Of a stretch of 64,000 nt of DNA, positions 50,068 to 59,591 are shown piece by piece. The notes under the pieces were generated by a model. The model did not search any database and was not told the origin of the DNA. It saw only the letters and a program-made list of their open reading frames with translations. How positions within the stretch are numbered: position 1 is the stretch's first letter; every line of letters begins with the position of its first letter. Source of the stretch: Polyangiaceae bacterium (GTDB lineage Bacteria > Myxococcota_A > Polyangia > Polyangiales > Polyangiaceae); assembly GCA_033763455.1 (NCBI GenBank), contig JANRKO010000039.1:128001-192000 (forward strand), in the 5' to 3' direction. The position numbers and the translations under genes are program-made.

Positions 50068-50736
50068 ATGCCCACCACCCTGATCCAAGCAGAGCCGGAA
50101 CCCATCGCGGTTAATTGGGCGCGTACCGCGCTTGTCATCATCGACATGCAGCGGGATTTCTTGGAGAAGGGCGGCTTTGGCGAGTCACTCGGCAACGATG
50201 TATCGCTCCTTGGTCGCGCTATTTTGCCGTGCAAAGCACTGCTGACGGCAGCACGCCAGCACGAGGTTTTTGTCATTCATACTCGCGAAGGCCACCGCCC
50301 AGACCTCTCCGACGCTCCGCGCGCCAAAGTGGAGCGCGGTGCACCTAGCCTACGCATCGGGGCACCTGGCCCTATGGGGCGCATTCTTGTGCGCGGTGAG
50401 CCGGGGCACGACATCATTGCCGAGCTTGCTCCCGTGCCGGGCGAACCGGTGATCGACAAACCGGGGAAAGGCGCTTTTTACGCGACGGACCTGGCCGCCA
50501 TCCTCTCCAACCGTGGCATTGATTCTTTGATCGTTTGTGGAGTTACTACCGAAGTGTGTGTGCACACCACCGTACGCGAGGCCAATGATCGCGGATTTCG
50601 TTGCATCGTCCCGAGCGACTGCTGCGGCTCATACTTTCCAGAATTTCATGAAGTGGCCTTGCGGATGATCAAGGCACAGGGCGGTATTTTTGGTTGGGTG
50701 ACGGATTCGAAAAGCGTACTCGCGGCCCTCAAGTGA
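50068..50736 (+). CDS. trtA: Triuret hydrolase-like cysteine hydrolase
   Basis: Isochorismatase-fold triad (IDMQ, DKPGKG, EVC); GGFGESLGND, TTEVC, SYFP, GGIFG match recalled TrtA rather than BiuH. Confidence 0.8.
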   Translation: MPTTLIQAEPEPIAVNWARTALVIIDMQRDFLEKGGFGESLGNDVSLLGRAILPCKALLTAARQHEVFVIHTREGHRPDLSDAPRAKVERGAPSLRIGAPGPMGRILVRGEPGHDIIAELAPVPGEPVIDKPGKGAFYATDLAAILSNRGIDSLIVCGVTTEVCVHTTVREANDRGFRCIVPSDCCGSYFPEFHEVALRMIKAQGGIFGWVTDSKSVLAALK

Positions 50737-50767
50737 CACCGAGGCACTGAAGGCGATTCCCACTTCA

Positions 50768-51133
50768 CTATTCGTCCGCCAGGAACTTCACGGATCGCTC
50801 CCAAACAATGAGCACCAAGCAACCCTCCTCACTCCAAACCGAATGCGAGCTCCCAGGCGCGTTCACTACGAACGTTCCTGCATCATATCGACCACTTTCA
50901 TCTTCTTGAGCGCCTTCCAACACCCAGATGTGCTCGTAGCCCGGATGCCGGTGCGCCGGAATTCTAGCTCCCGGTGCGTAACGCAAGAGTGCCGAAGAGC
51001 TACCCGTTTGGGCATCCTCGTAGATCACTGACATCTCAACGCCATCTCGGAAAGGATGGAACCCACCACGAGCCAGAATGGACGCCTGATCACAACGGAG
51101 CGTTAGCGGCCTACCGCGAGAAGAATCGCTCAA
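50768..51133 (-). CDS. ChrR-like cupin protein
   Basis: LLRYAPGARIPAH.HPGYEHIWVLEG...GSSH; TTGA overlap with biuH. Confidence 0.8.
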   Translation of the reverse strand: MSDSSRGRPLTLRCDQASILARGGFHPFRDGVEMSVIYEDAQTGSSSALLRYAPGARIPAHRHPGYEHIWVLEGAQEDESGRYDAGTFVVNAPGSSHSVWSEEGCLVLIVWERSVKFLADE

Positions 51134-51825
51134 AGCAGCACCGAAAGCAGGCTTTCGGAGCTGGAAACGGCTCCAAAAACCCCATTTTGCATGGTTACCA
51201 TCTTAAGAGCGGCGTGATGATTGCCAACATCGGTAGCTGCGCAACAGTCAGAAAGGATCAGGCACTCGTAGCCTCGATCATTGGCTTCACGCATGGTGGT
51301 GTGCACGCACACATCCGTGGTGATACCGGTCAAGACGAGATTCCGAATGCCTTTTTGGCGCAGCAGCATGTCGAGATCTGTTGCGCAGAAAGATCCTTTG
51401 CCCGGCTTATCGATGATGGGCTCCCCCGCTAACGGCTTGAGCTCGGGGATAATATCCCAACCGGGCTCGCCTCGCACCAACACCCTCCCGCATGGCCCGA
51501 GGTCTCCAATGCCGGTTTGGCCCGGGCCGCCGTCCTGCAAACGGCGGGACCTCCAGCGCTTGTTCGCGGGCAAATCTGACAGATCCGCTCGGTGCCCTTC
51601 GCGCGTGTGGAGCACGAGAAACCCTCCGGCTCGAAACGCCTCCAACACCCGAGCGATGGGTGCAATGCACGCTCGTGTGAGCGAAATATCGTAGCCGAGA
51701 AGATCGATGTAGCCGCCTTTGCCGCAGAAGTCGGTCTGCATATCGATCACGATAAGAGCCGTATTTTCGGGTCTAAGGTCTCCGTCAAACGGCCAAGCGT
51801 ACGGATCTGCGGGAACATATCGCAT
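51130..51825 (-). CDS. biuH: Biuret hydrolase
   Basis: ADPY.WP, IDMQTDFCGKGGY, LPANKRWRS, ITTDVC, KM..MQ.GVFG match recalled BiuH. Confidence 0.88.
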   Translation of the reverse strand: MRYVPADPYAWPFDGDLRPENTALIVIDMQTDFCGKGGYIDLLGYDISLTRACIAPIARVLEAFRAGGFLVLHTREGHRADLSDLPANKRWRSRRLQDGGPGQTGIGDLGPCGRVLVRGEPGWDIIPELKPLAGEPIIDKPGKGSFCATDLDMLLRQKGIRNLVLTGITTDVCVHTTMREANDRGYECLILSDCCAATDVGNHHAALKMVTMQNGVFGAVSSSESLLSVLL

Positions 51826-51882
51826 CGAATACCTCACGTATTAAGGGGGGCCATCTTATCGAGCTTATCTCAGCGCTTGACC

Positions 51883-51898
51883 GTTTCGCTTTTGTTTC
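51883..51898 (-). promoter_or_regulatory. GAAAC-N6-GAAAC box between divergent biuH and the porin gene
   Basis: GTTTCgcttttGTTTC on the plus strand. Confidence 0.6.
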
Positions 51899-52064
51899 GT
51901 GACCGCGTCGCAGCTGATCTCGCAAAAATCGAACGCACAGCGATCACTCGATTCGTTTTGTGCGCCACGAATCGCGCACGACACACCGAGTTAACATTGC
52001 TTGGGTGATGGTCCGCGGCGTTGGTCCGTCTTTAACCCGACAACGCAAAATGCAGGTGTCACTT

Positions 52065-53432
52065 ATGCAAAATTCGAATTCTTCGACATGTTTGGGCTTA
52101 CTTCGATACGTGCTGGCAGGTGCGGCACTGCTCTATCCGGGGGTTGCTTGGTCCCAGGAGCAAGCGCCCGCCGCCACGGCAACCGCCACCGCTGAACAGC
52201 CACCGGCCGAGCCACCCACGCCACCCGCCGCCACTGAAACGCCCGCAACCACAGAGCCCCCCCCGAAAGCTGCGGAACCTCCCCCAGAAGCTCCGGCAGC
52301 CGCCACCCCGGAAGCAACACCGCCACCTCCCGCTGAGGTTAAGCCTCCAGAAGAGGAGAAATTCCCTATCACCACTGGTTTTGGCTTCAGAGCGGGCGCG
52401 CGCGCGCAGGATCTTAAGGAGCCGGACAGCGTCAACGGGTTTTCGTTCGATGCCTTGAACGTAGAGGCTCGCTTTGGAGGCAAGGTCACTCCCATCGTAG
52501 GGTGGACCGCGAACTTTACCGTTGAAGGGCGCACGGCTACAACGCTCGCCAACAGTCCGCCCGCGCCCCCCGCCGGACCCCCAGTGGTTTTCGAAGCGCG
52601 AGCCATGGATCTGATCGGTCAGCTGGATTTCAAGGACGAATTCCACGTTTGGATCGGCCGCATGCTCACGCCTTCTGATCGCAGTAACTTCAGTGGGCCA
52701 TGGTTTATCGGGCCTTGGGAGTACCCCGGTGTTTACAGCATTCCAGGGAAAGGCTTCGCCTACATCGGACCGCGCGGAACCGAGGAGATCGGACGTGAAG
52801 TTGGTACGGTGGTGTGGGGTGATATCAACAAGGGCAAATTCAAATACTACGCGGGCGCCATGGATTTGGACGACGCACCCGCCAATTCACCCCTTTGGAC
52901 GGGCCGCGTACAGTACGCGATTGTGGGTTCCGAACCCGGATTTTACGGCAGCAGCACGTATTACGGTTCGCAGAACATCGTGGCTATCGGCGCCGCTGCT
53001 CAATATCAGAAGCGCCTGAGCACGGCCGCCGTTGATGCCATGGGGATGCCCACTGTTGCCAAGGACGATGTTACGGAGATCAACGCGGACATCTTGGCTG
53101 AGTACAACGTGGGAGGCACCGTAAGTTTTGAAGGCGCCTACTACCACATGGATACCGAATCCTCACTCATGCCGGCGGATGACGCCTTTTTCGTCGTCGG
53201 CAGTTACCTTCTGCCGAACAAGATCGGAATTGGTAAACCGCAAGTGGGCGTCCGATATCAAGCCACGATGGGGCCTGACATGTCGATGATGGAAGGCTTC
53301 CTTGCCTACGTAATTAAGGACTACTTCGCCAAGATGATGCTCACGTTCGAGCACACCGACATGGGCAAGGGCTCTGACGGGGCAGCCCGCAAGGGCAACG
53401 CCGTTCGTCTCGGCTTCCAAATCCAACAGTAA
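52065..53432 (+). CDS. Outer-membrane porin, FmdC/short-chain amide porin-like
   Basis: Signal peptide, Pro-rich linker, WIGRMLTPSDRSNFSGPW, YGSSTYYG, beta strands to the C-terminus; nitrogen-cluster context. Confidence 0.65.
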   Translation: MQNSNSSTCLGLLRYVLAGAALLYPGVAWSQEQAPAATATATAEQPPAEPPTPPAATETPATTEPPPKAAEPPPEAPAAATPEATPPPPAEVKPPEEEKFPITTGFGFRAGARAQDLKEPDSVNGFSFDALNVEARFGGKVTPIVGWTANFTVEGRTATTLANSPPAPPAGPPVVFEARAMDLIGQLDFKDEFHVWIGRMLTPSDRSNFSGPWFIGPWEYPGVYSIPGKGFAYIGPRGTEEIGREVGTVVWGDINKGKFKYYAGAMDLDDAPANSPLWTGRVQYAIVGSEPGFYGSSTYYGSQNIVAIGAAAQYQKRLSTAAVDAMGMPTVAKDDVTEINADILAEYNVGGTVSFEGAYYHMDTESSLMPADDAFFVVGSYLLPNKIGIGKPQVGVRYQATMGPDMSMMEGFLAYVIKDYFAKMMLTFEHTDMGKGSDGAARKGNAVRLGFQIQQ

Positions 53433-53445
53433 GCGATGTGGGGTG

Positions 53446-53490
53446 TCTCCCTCCGGGTCCGAACGTCACGCACGTTGCCCCGGAGGGAGA
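53446..53490 (+). terminator. Strong stem-loop after the porin gene
   Basis: TCTCCCTCCGGG...CCCGGAGGGAGA 12-bp stem; no U-tract. Confidence 0.5.
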
Positions 53491-53532
53491 TGGGGCGTCT
53501 CAATGCGCCACCGGTTGAGCTAGGCTCCACAC

Positions 53533-53736
53533 ATGACCGACGACCCTCGCTTCATCTTTCTAGAGACGAAGTTTGCCTATCAAGACAAGCTGCTGGCCGA
53601 GCTGAACGAGGCCTTGATCTCCCAACAGAAGCAGCTCGATACCGTTCTGGCGCGAGTCCACGCTCTAGAGTCCCAGTGGAAAAACAACAGCTCGGCCGGT
53701 GAACTGCCCCCGAACGAGGCGCCGCCGCACTATTAG
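53533..53736 (+). CDS. slyX: SlyX family protein
   Basis: LETKFAYQD....LNE....QQ, C-terminal PPHY. Confidence 0.9.
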   Translation: MTDDPRFIFLETKFAYQDKLLAELNEALISQQKQLDTVLARVHALESQWKNNSSAGELPPNEAPPHY

Positions 53737-53903
53737 GGTGGCGCGGCAGAAGGCCGAGCAAGGCGCGTGAAACGGCCCCGGAATGCACTATCCAGAGCTA
53801 ATACACCTTTGGCATTGGACTCTGGCCAAAGGTGTGGCTAATAGCGCCCCACAGAACGCACCCCCAACTGGCATTTTGGGCCCCTTTCCGAGAACGCAAA
53901 GTC

Positions 53904-55994
53904 ATGACGGACCTCTCTACCTACCGCAACATTGGCATCTTCGCACACGTCGACGCAGGCAAAACCACGACGACTGAGCGCATCCTCAAGCTCACCGGCA
54001 AGATCCACAAAATGGGCGAGGTGCATGACGGCGCCGCCACCACAGACTTCATGGTGCAGGAGCAAGAGCGCGGCATCACGATTCAGTCGGCCGCCACCAC
54101 CTGCTTTTGGGCGGGGCACCGCTTCAACATCATCGACACCCCTGGGCACGTAGATTTCACGATCGAAGTTTACCGCTCCCTCAAGGTGCTCGATGGCGGC
54201 ATTGGCGTGTTCTGCGGGTCCGGCGGTGTGGAGCCCCAATCGGAAACGAACTGGCGTTACGCCAACGATGCCAAAGTGGCGCGTGTTATTTACGTGAACA
54301 AGCTCGATCGCTTGGGTGCGGACTTCTACCGTGTGGTCAAGCAGATCCGTGACGTGCTGGGAGCCAAGCCCATTGTGATGGTTCTGCCCATTGGCATCGA
54401 GTCCGGGTTTACGGGCATCGTCGATTTGCTCGAGCGCAAGGCCTACGTTTGGGACGACAGCGGTCTGCCAGAAAACTACAAGGTTACGGACGTGCCCGAG
54501 AACATGAAGGCCGACGTCGAAAAGTGGCGCGCCGAGCTCGTTGAAACGGCCGTCGAGCAAGACGACGCTGCGATGGAAAAGTACCTCGCGGGCGAAGAAG
54601 TGGACATTGCGACGCTCAAGAAGTGCATCCGCAAGGGCACCATCAGCTTGGCGTTTTTCCCCACGTATTGCGGCTCTTCCTTCAAGAACAAGGGTGTGCA
54701 GCACGTGCTCAATGCTGTGGTGGATTACCTGCCCAACCCCACCGAAGTGCCTCCGCAACCGGAGGTAGATCTCGAAGGCAACCCAACGGGGAGTTACGCC
54801 ATCGTAACGCCTGATGCTCCGTTCCGGGGCCTGGCGTTCAAGATCATGGACGATCGCTTCGGCAGCCTCACCTTTACTCGCATCTACTCCGGCACGCTCT
54901 CCAAAGGTGACACCGTGCTCAACACGTTCACCGGCAAAGAAGAGCGCATTGGCCGCATGGTGGAAATGCACGCTAACGATCGCACCATGATCGACACAGC
55001 TCAGGCTGGCGACATCGTGGCGCTCGTGGGCCTCAAGAACGTGCGCACCGGCCACACGCTGTGCGATCCGAACAAGCCCGCAACGCTTGAGCCGATGGTA
55101 TTCCCCGATCCAGTTATCTCAGTTGCCATCGCCCCCAAAGACAAGGCGAATGCAGAAAAGCTGAGCAACGCGCTTGGCAAGATGGTCGCCGAAGATCCTT
55201 CCTTCCACGTCGAAGTGAATCAGGAATCTGGCGAAACAATCCTCAAGGGCATGGGCGAGCTTCACCTCGACATCAAGGTGGATATCTTGCGCCGCACACA
55301 CGGCGTGGAAGCTACCGTTGGTGAGCCTCAAGTGGCGTACCGTGAAACCATCACGCAGACGGTGGAAGATAGTTACACCCACAAGAAGCAGACGGGCGGC
55401 TCCGGCCAGTACGCGAAGATCGACTACCGCATTGAACCCGGGGAGCCCGGAAGTGGGTTCGTGTTCGAGTCTGAAGTCACCGGCGGTAACGTGCCTAAGG
55501 AATTCATTCCTGCCGTTGAAAAGGGCTTCAAGAGCCTAGTGGAGAAGGGCCCTCTCGTCGGCTTCCCCGTGCTGGACTTCAAAGTCACACTCACGGATGG
55601 CGCGTATCACGCGGTGGATTCTTCGCAGATAGCGTTCGAGGCCGCTGCCAAGGCCGCTTATCGGCAGACCATGCCCAAGGCCAAGCCCGAGCTCTTGGAA
55701 CCCATCATGAAGGTGGACGTGTTCGTCCCAGATGAAAACGTGGGTGACGTTATCGGCGACATCAATCGTCGCCGCGGCATCATGAAGAGCCAGGAAGCCA
55801 CGCCCATCAACGTGCGCATCAAAGCGGACGTACCGCTGAGCGAAATGTTCGGCTACATCGGCGACCTGCGTTCAACCACTTCCGGCCGCGGCCAGTTCTC
55901 GATGGAGTTCAGCCACTACGCTCAGTGCCCGCGCAACATCCTCGAAAAGGTTAAAGAGGAAGTGAAAGCGCGCGAAGCAGAAAAGAAGAAGTAA
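53904..55994 (+). CDS. fusA: Elongation factor G (stand-alone copy)
   Basis: [42 protein letters not shown]. Confidence 0.97.
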   Translation: MTDLSTYRNIGIFAHVDAGKTTTTERILKLTGKIHKMGEVHDGAATTDFMVQEQERGITIQSAATTCFWAGHRFNIIDTPGHVDFTIEVYRSLKVLDGGIGVFCGSGGVEPQSETNWRYANDAKVARVIYVNKLDRLGADFYRVVKQIRDVLGAKPIVMVLPIGIESGFTGIVDLLERKAYVWDDSGLPENYKVTDVPENMKADVEKWRAELVETAVEQDDAAMEKYLAGEEVDIATLKKCIRKGTISLAFFPTYCGSSFKNKGVQHVLNAVVDYLPNPTEVPPQPEVDLEGNPTGSYAIVTPDAPFRGLAFKIMDDRFGSLTFTRIYSGTLSKGDTVLNTFTGKEERIGRMVEMHANDRTMIDTAQAGDIVALVGLKNVRTGHTLCDPNKPATLEPMVFPDPVISVAIAPKDKANAEKLSNALGKMVAEDPSFHVEVNQESGETILKGMGELHLDIKVDILRRTHGVEATVGEPQVAYRETITQTVEDSYTHKKQTGGSGQYAKIDYRIEPGEPGSGFVFESEVTGGNVPKEFIPAVEKGFKSLVEKGPLVGFPVLDFKVTLTDGAYHAVDSSQIAFEAAAKAAYRQTMPKAKPELLEPIMKVDVFVPDENVGDVIGDINRRRGIMKSQEATPINVRIKADVPLSEMFGYIGDLRSTTSGRGQFSMEFSHYAQCPRNILEKVKEEVKAREAEKKK

Positions 55995-56012
55995 GCCTTC
56001 GCTCCAGCAGCA

Positions 56013-56044
56013 GGAGAGCCCGCACCTCGATTCGCGGGTTCTCC
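56013..56044 (+). terminator. Stem-loop after fusA
   Basis: GGAGAGCCCGC...GCGGGTTCTCC. Confidence 0.5.
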
Positions 56045-56070
56045 CAAGCGCCGTTTAGAACCTCACCAAC

Positions 56071-57255
56071 ATGTGGCTGATCGCATTCACGTGGTTTGTG
56101 CTGTTGGTGGGTACGGGGTTCGTTTTCCCGTATTTTGGCCTGTATCTCACACAAACAGCCAAGCTTACCGGCACCGAAGCAGGCATTGTGCTCGCCACGA
56201 TCCCCATCGTGTCGGTGTTCGTTCAGCCGCTTCTTGCCGCACTCTCCGATAGAAGCGGTGCGCGCACTCGAGTGTTATCGGGCTTGGCCTTCGCCTCGGC
56301 CTGTGCCCTTCTATTAATCTATAGAGCGAGCGGGTTCTGGCCGCTGGTGTTGGCTACAGCCTTATATGCCGCGTGTTCGGTAACGCTGGCTCCGGGGCTC
56401 TGGGCGGTATCGTTCGCACTTATCTCCGCTATCAGCCCACGAGCCATGGGCTACGCGCGGGGCGCCGGCACGCTCGGTTTCGGTGTGGCAGTGGTGAGCT
56501 TCCCGTGGCTGTCTTCATGGCTTTCCACAAGTGGCATCATTCCAAGTTCGCACTCGGCACTCTCCTCCATCTTCCCACTGGCAGCACTGGCCACGTTGAT
56601 CGCCGCGTTCGCTTTCAGCCGCTTGCCACGCACCGCGGAAGCCACTCGGCGGGCGAGCATGAAGGAGCTCGCCACCATTGCCAAGAACGGCCCTTTTCTG
56701 CGGCTGCTGCTCTTGATGTTCCTCGCGTTCTTCTGTTTTCACGGGCCCACGATCTTTTTCCCCGTGCTCATTCAAGCGCATGGCGGAGGTGTGGGCGCGA
56801 TAAGCCACATGTGGCTCCTCATGTTGGTGCTCGAAGTTCCGCTCGTTTTGAGCTTCGGCTGGAGTGTCTCAAAGCTTGGTGTGCGATGGGTCGTGTTTAT
56901 TGGCCTTCTCGCGGGTGCCCTGCGCTGGCTCCTCACCGGATGGCTCACGGATATGACCTGGATTTCCTTCGTCCAAGTCCTGCATGGCGTTACTGTGTGG
57001 GGCACGGTTTTGGGTGGCACTACCTACGCTGATCGCCAAGTACAAGCGAACCAGCGCTCCACGGCGCAGTCGCTGGTTTCCGTGGTGAGCGCGGGCCTCG
57101 GCGGAATGTGCTCAAGCTTCGCGAGCGGCTGGCTCGTGGACCATCTAGGCCCGCAAGCCCCGGCCCTTTTTGGCGGCGGACTCGGGCTCCTCATCGCTCT
57201 TAGCGTATGGTGGCTTCTGCCGGAACAACGGGTGGCTGAGAGCACGCAAGGGTAA
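56071..57255 (+). CDS. MFS transporter (HcaT/nucleoside permease-like)
   Basis: 12 TM pattern, LSDRSG, YARGAGTLGF, EVP, QVLHG. Confidence 0.85.
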   Translation: MWLIAFTWFVLLVGTGFVFPYFGLYLTQTAKLTGTEAGIVLATIPIVSVFVQPLLAALSDRSGARTRVLSGLAFASACALLLIYRASGFWPLVLATALYAACSVTLAPGLWAVSFALISAISPRAMGYARGAGTLGFGVAVVSFPWLSSWLSTSGIIPSSHSALSSIFPLAALATLIAAFAFSRLPRTAEATRRASMKELATIAKNGPFLRLLLLMFLAFFCFHGPTIFFPVLIQAHGGGVGAISHMWLLMLVLEVPLVLSFGWSVSKLGVRWVVFIGLLAGALRWLLTGWLTDMTWISFVQVLHGVTVWGTVLGGTTYADRQVQANQRSTAQSLVSVVSAGLGGMCSSFASGWLVDHLGPQAPALFGGGLGLLIALSVWWLLPEQRVAESTQG

Positions 57256-57302
57256 TACGCCGTCCGCCTCAAAACCGCCCGCGCAGACAGCCAACAGCGT
57301 CT

Positions 57303-57572
57303 TCAGGCAACAGACGACTGGCTAACGAGCGCACCTGACGCAAGCAGCCGGCGATGAATCGACGCGGGGCTGAGCTCGAGCCCGTTGGGCCAGCACAACG
57401 CGCCCATGTCAATAAAGAAGCGTCCGAATTGCTCCGGCTCACGAATTCCCTCGGTGAGCGGAGTGTTGCGGGCTAACAGCGGAGCTACGTCGAGGTTCCC
57501 GGAGGTCCCGTCGGAAAAATCAAGACGAATCACGTACCCTGTCTGGTGCTTGGCTCGCAGGATCTTAATCAT
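57303..57572 (-). CDS. DUF2442 domain protein (putative antitoxin)
   Basis: LDFSDGT.G..D, F..F....G.L.WPNGLELSP. Confidence 0.8.
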   Translation of the reverse strand: MIKILRAKHQTGYVIRLDFSDGTSGNLDVAPLLARNTPLTEGIREPEQFGRFFIDMGALCWPNGLELSPASIHRRLLASGALVSQSSVA

Positions 57573-57593
57573 TATCGGCTCCAGGGATCCTCA

Positions 57594-58535
57594 TCACTCC
57601 GAACACTCCCGCGCAAACGGCAGCACATCATCCACCAAGCACTTCATGTATTCCACGCCCACAACCCAGCGTGGCCCGAGCTTGTCTCCAATTGGCAACC
57701 AAACGCCCTTGAGGGCTAAATTGTGGACGATTTCGACGTGAAGCTCGGCGCCTACGCGCGCTGCCCAAGCCGGATCGCCCAACAGGCCGTAACTTGCTGC
57801 GCCGCCGCCGAAACGCGTGAAAAGGGTGCTGTCTTGGATCATGGAAAGGCCGAGGTCCCCACCGAATGCATTGCTAGAAGCGAAACCTCCAGCTGATAGG
57901 TACCAGGTGGGCACATTCAGGTGCACACGCTGGCCTTGCGCACCGCGTACAATGGTGGAGCTGCCGAGGCCCAGATCTAAACGGCCGCCGGCAGCCACTT
58001 CCCATTCGAGGCCACCATAGCCAGTATTGCCCGAAGATAGCCACGGTGAGGCCAGAAGGTGAAAGCGCTTTGGCCAAATCGAATTGCCCTGCAGCGGGAT
58101 CTGCATGGGCAGCCCATTGCAACGGCCTGGATGCTTTTGGTCGAGCCCGTTGGGGCAATGTTCGGGCTTGGTGGGAACACCGCACTGCCCTGCCTCGGGC
58201 ACGCTTGGCAAAGCGCCCGGCAAACACCCGAGAACGCTGCAGGTTCCGTCCACTGGGAGATACTCAAGCTGGCCATCGTCCCCCTCGTGGCTTGCGCGCG
58301 CACAGGCCTTTTTGCCGTAAATTTCAAGCAATTGGGCATCGCTGAGCGAAGCTGGGTCCAACTTCTTGCCGGCTTCTTGCGCCAGAAGGCTCGACATTTG
58401 GATGAAGCTGCCGAGCACCAAAGCCAAAGTAGCAACGCTCGCGTGTTTAAGGAAAGCGAGACTGCGCTTCTCGTGAGTCGTTTCGCACTTCATTTGAGCT
58501 GACGCGTGATTCCGATCAACGCCATGTCGCTTCAT
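57594..58535 (-). CDS. Hypothetical exported Cys-containing protein
   Basis: Hydrophobic N-terminal segment, Cys-rich part, beta-rich C-terminus; ATGA overlap with the hydrolase gene. Confidence 0.6.
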   Translation of the reverse strand: MKRHGVDRNHASAQMKCETTHEKRSLAFLKHASVATLALVLGSFIQMSSLLAQEAGKKLDPASLSDAQLLEIYGKKACARASHEGDDGQLEYLPVDGTCSVLGCLPGALPSVPEAGQCGVPTKPEHCPNGLDQKHPGRCNGLPMQIPLQGNSIWPKRFHLLASPWLSSGNTGYGGLEWEVAAGGRLDLGLGSSTIVRGAQGQRVHLNVPTWYLSAGGFASSNAFGGDLGLSMIQDSTLFTRFGGGAASYGLLGDPAWAARVGAELHVEIVHNLALKGVWLPIGDKLGPRWVVGVEYMKCLVDDVLPFARECSE

Positions 58536-59563
58536 GCTAGTAACCGCCGAGTGAGTTCGCCCACGTAGGTGTCGCTCAGTAAGAAGGCGTGTTCGGCGAT
58601 AACCTCGTGCGGACCAATTTGGTCCACCAGCTGGCGTTCGACCGGTGTTAGGCGATTCATCGTGGGCACGCTGGGAACGAGCGAATCCCCAGAAGCTGCA
58701 CGGTTTGGAAACTCGATGCTGCGATCAACCTTGAGCACCGCGTGATCCCACGTGGCACGGTTGGTAGCAAGAACGATGGACACTTGCACCTGTGCCATCT
58801 TCTCCAATGGACGGCGGAGGTAACGTTGCTTGGTCTCAAGTGCACGAGCAAGAAGCTCGGCTGATACATCCGAATACCCACTCCAAGCCGCGGCGTCCAG
58901 GAAGCCACTCGGCGCAGGCCTACCATCTGGTAAGCGAAGCGCGCCGCGGAAATCAGGCAACATTTGATACAAAGCTGGCCAGGTGCGGGCTATTTTCTGA
59001 AAGGCTGGGCTCACCGCCTCCCCAAGCTGTTCGCCACGCACCAACGCGTGTGCGGCGTTGAGCGTCCCGTACAGGGGCACCCCCACCAACACCAACCTAC
59101 GAACTAAATCTGAAAATGCCGTTGCGTCGCCTCCGTGGCGTGCAGCCAGTAACTTGCTGGCGGCAACAGCCACCAACCCTCCTTGAGAATGTGCAACCAG
59201 CCGCCACTTTCCACCCGCTGGCTTCCGCTCCTCCAAAAACTCCACCAAACGCTGCGCGCTGTACACAATATCGCCCCGCCAGTCATAGCGGAACGGCAGA
59301 ACACCAGGCACTTCACGATAGGCCAACGAAAGCACAGGCCCCGCTGATACCTCCACTCCAGCGAGCAACGACGTCTTCACGGGTGCGCGCTGACCTATGC
59401 GGTGCTGCATGCTCAAGAGCGGCTCGATTTCCCCTAGGCCGGAGCCAGCCTGGCTCAGCAAGAACGCCTCCCCCTGAAGCTGCACCGGATACCCAAGGTC
59501 CGCCCCGTTTCGAAGGAGCTTTAGGCCTCCGGTGCCGGGAATAAGCAATGTTGTATCTGCCAC
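58532..59563 (-). CDS. Alpha/beta hydrolase, lipase/LCAT-like
   Basis: LIPG..G, FRYDWR, AHSQGG nucleophile elbow, YQMLP, GDSLVP, EH. Confidence 0.8.
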   Translation of the reverse strand: MADTTLLIPGTGGLKLLRNGADLGYPVQLQGEAFLLSQAGSGLGEIEPLLSMQHRIGQRAPVKTSLLAGVEVSAGPVLSLAYREVPGVLPFRYDWRGDIVYSAQRLVEFLEERKPAGGKWRLVAHSQGGLVAVAASKLLAARHGGDATAFSDLVRRLVLVGVPLYGTLNAAHALVRGEQLGEAVSPAFQKIARTWPALYQMLPDFRGALRLPDGRPAPSGFLDAAAWSGYSDVSAELLARALETKQRYLRRPLEKMAQVQVSIVLATNRATWDHAVLKVDRSIEFPNRAASGDSLVPSVPTMNRLTPVERQLVDQIGPHEVIAEHAFLLSDTYVGELTRRLLA

Positions 59564-59591
59564 ATCGACCTCCCTGGTGCTGAGGATACTG

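Noticed and set aside
53838..55055. 405-aa ORF antisense to fusA, and many similar shadow ORFs (for example 3295-4053, 25148-25933, 26948-27805)
   Set aside because: Antisense or off-frame to clearly recognised genes, which is expected in GC-rich DNA.
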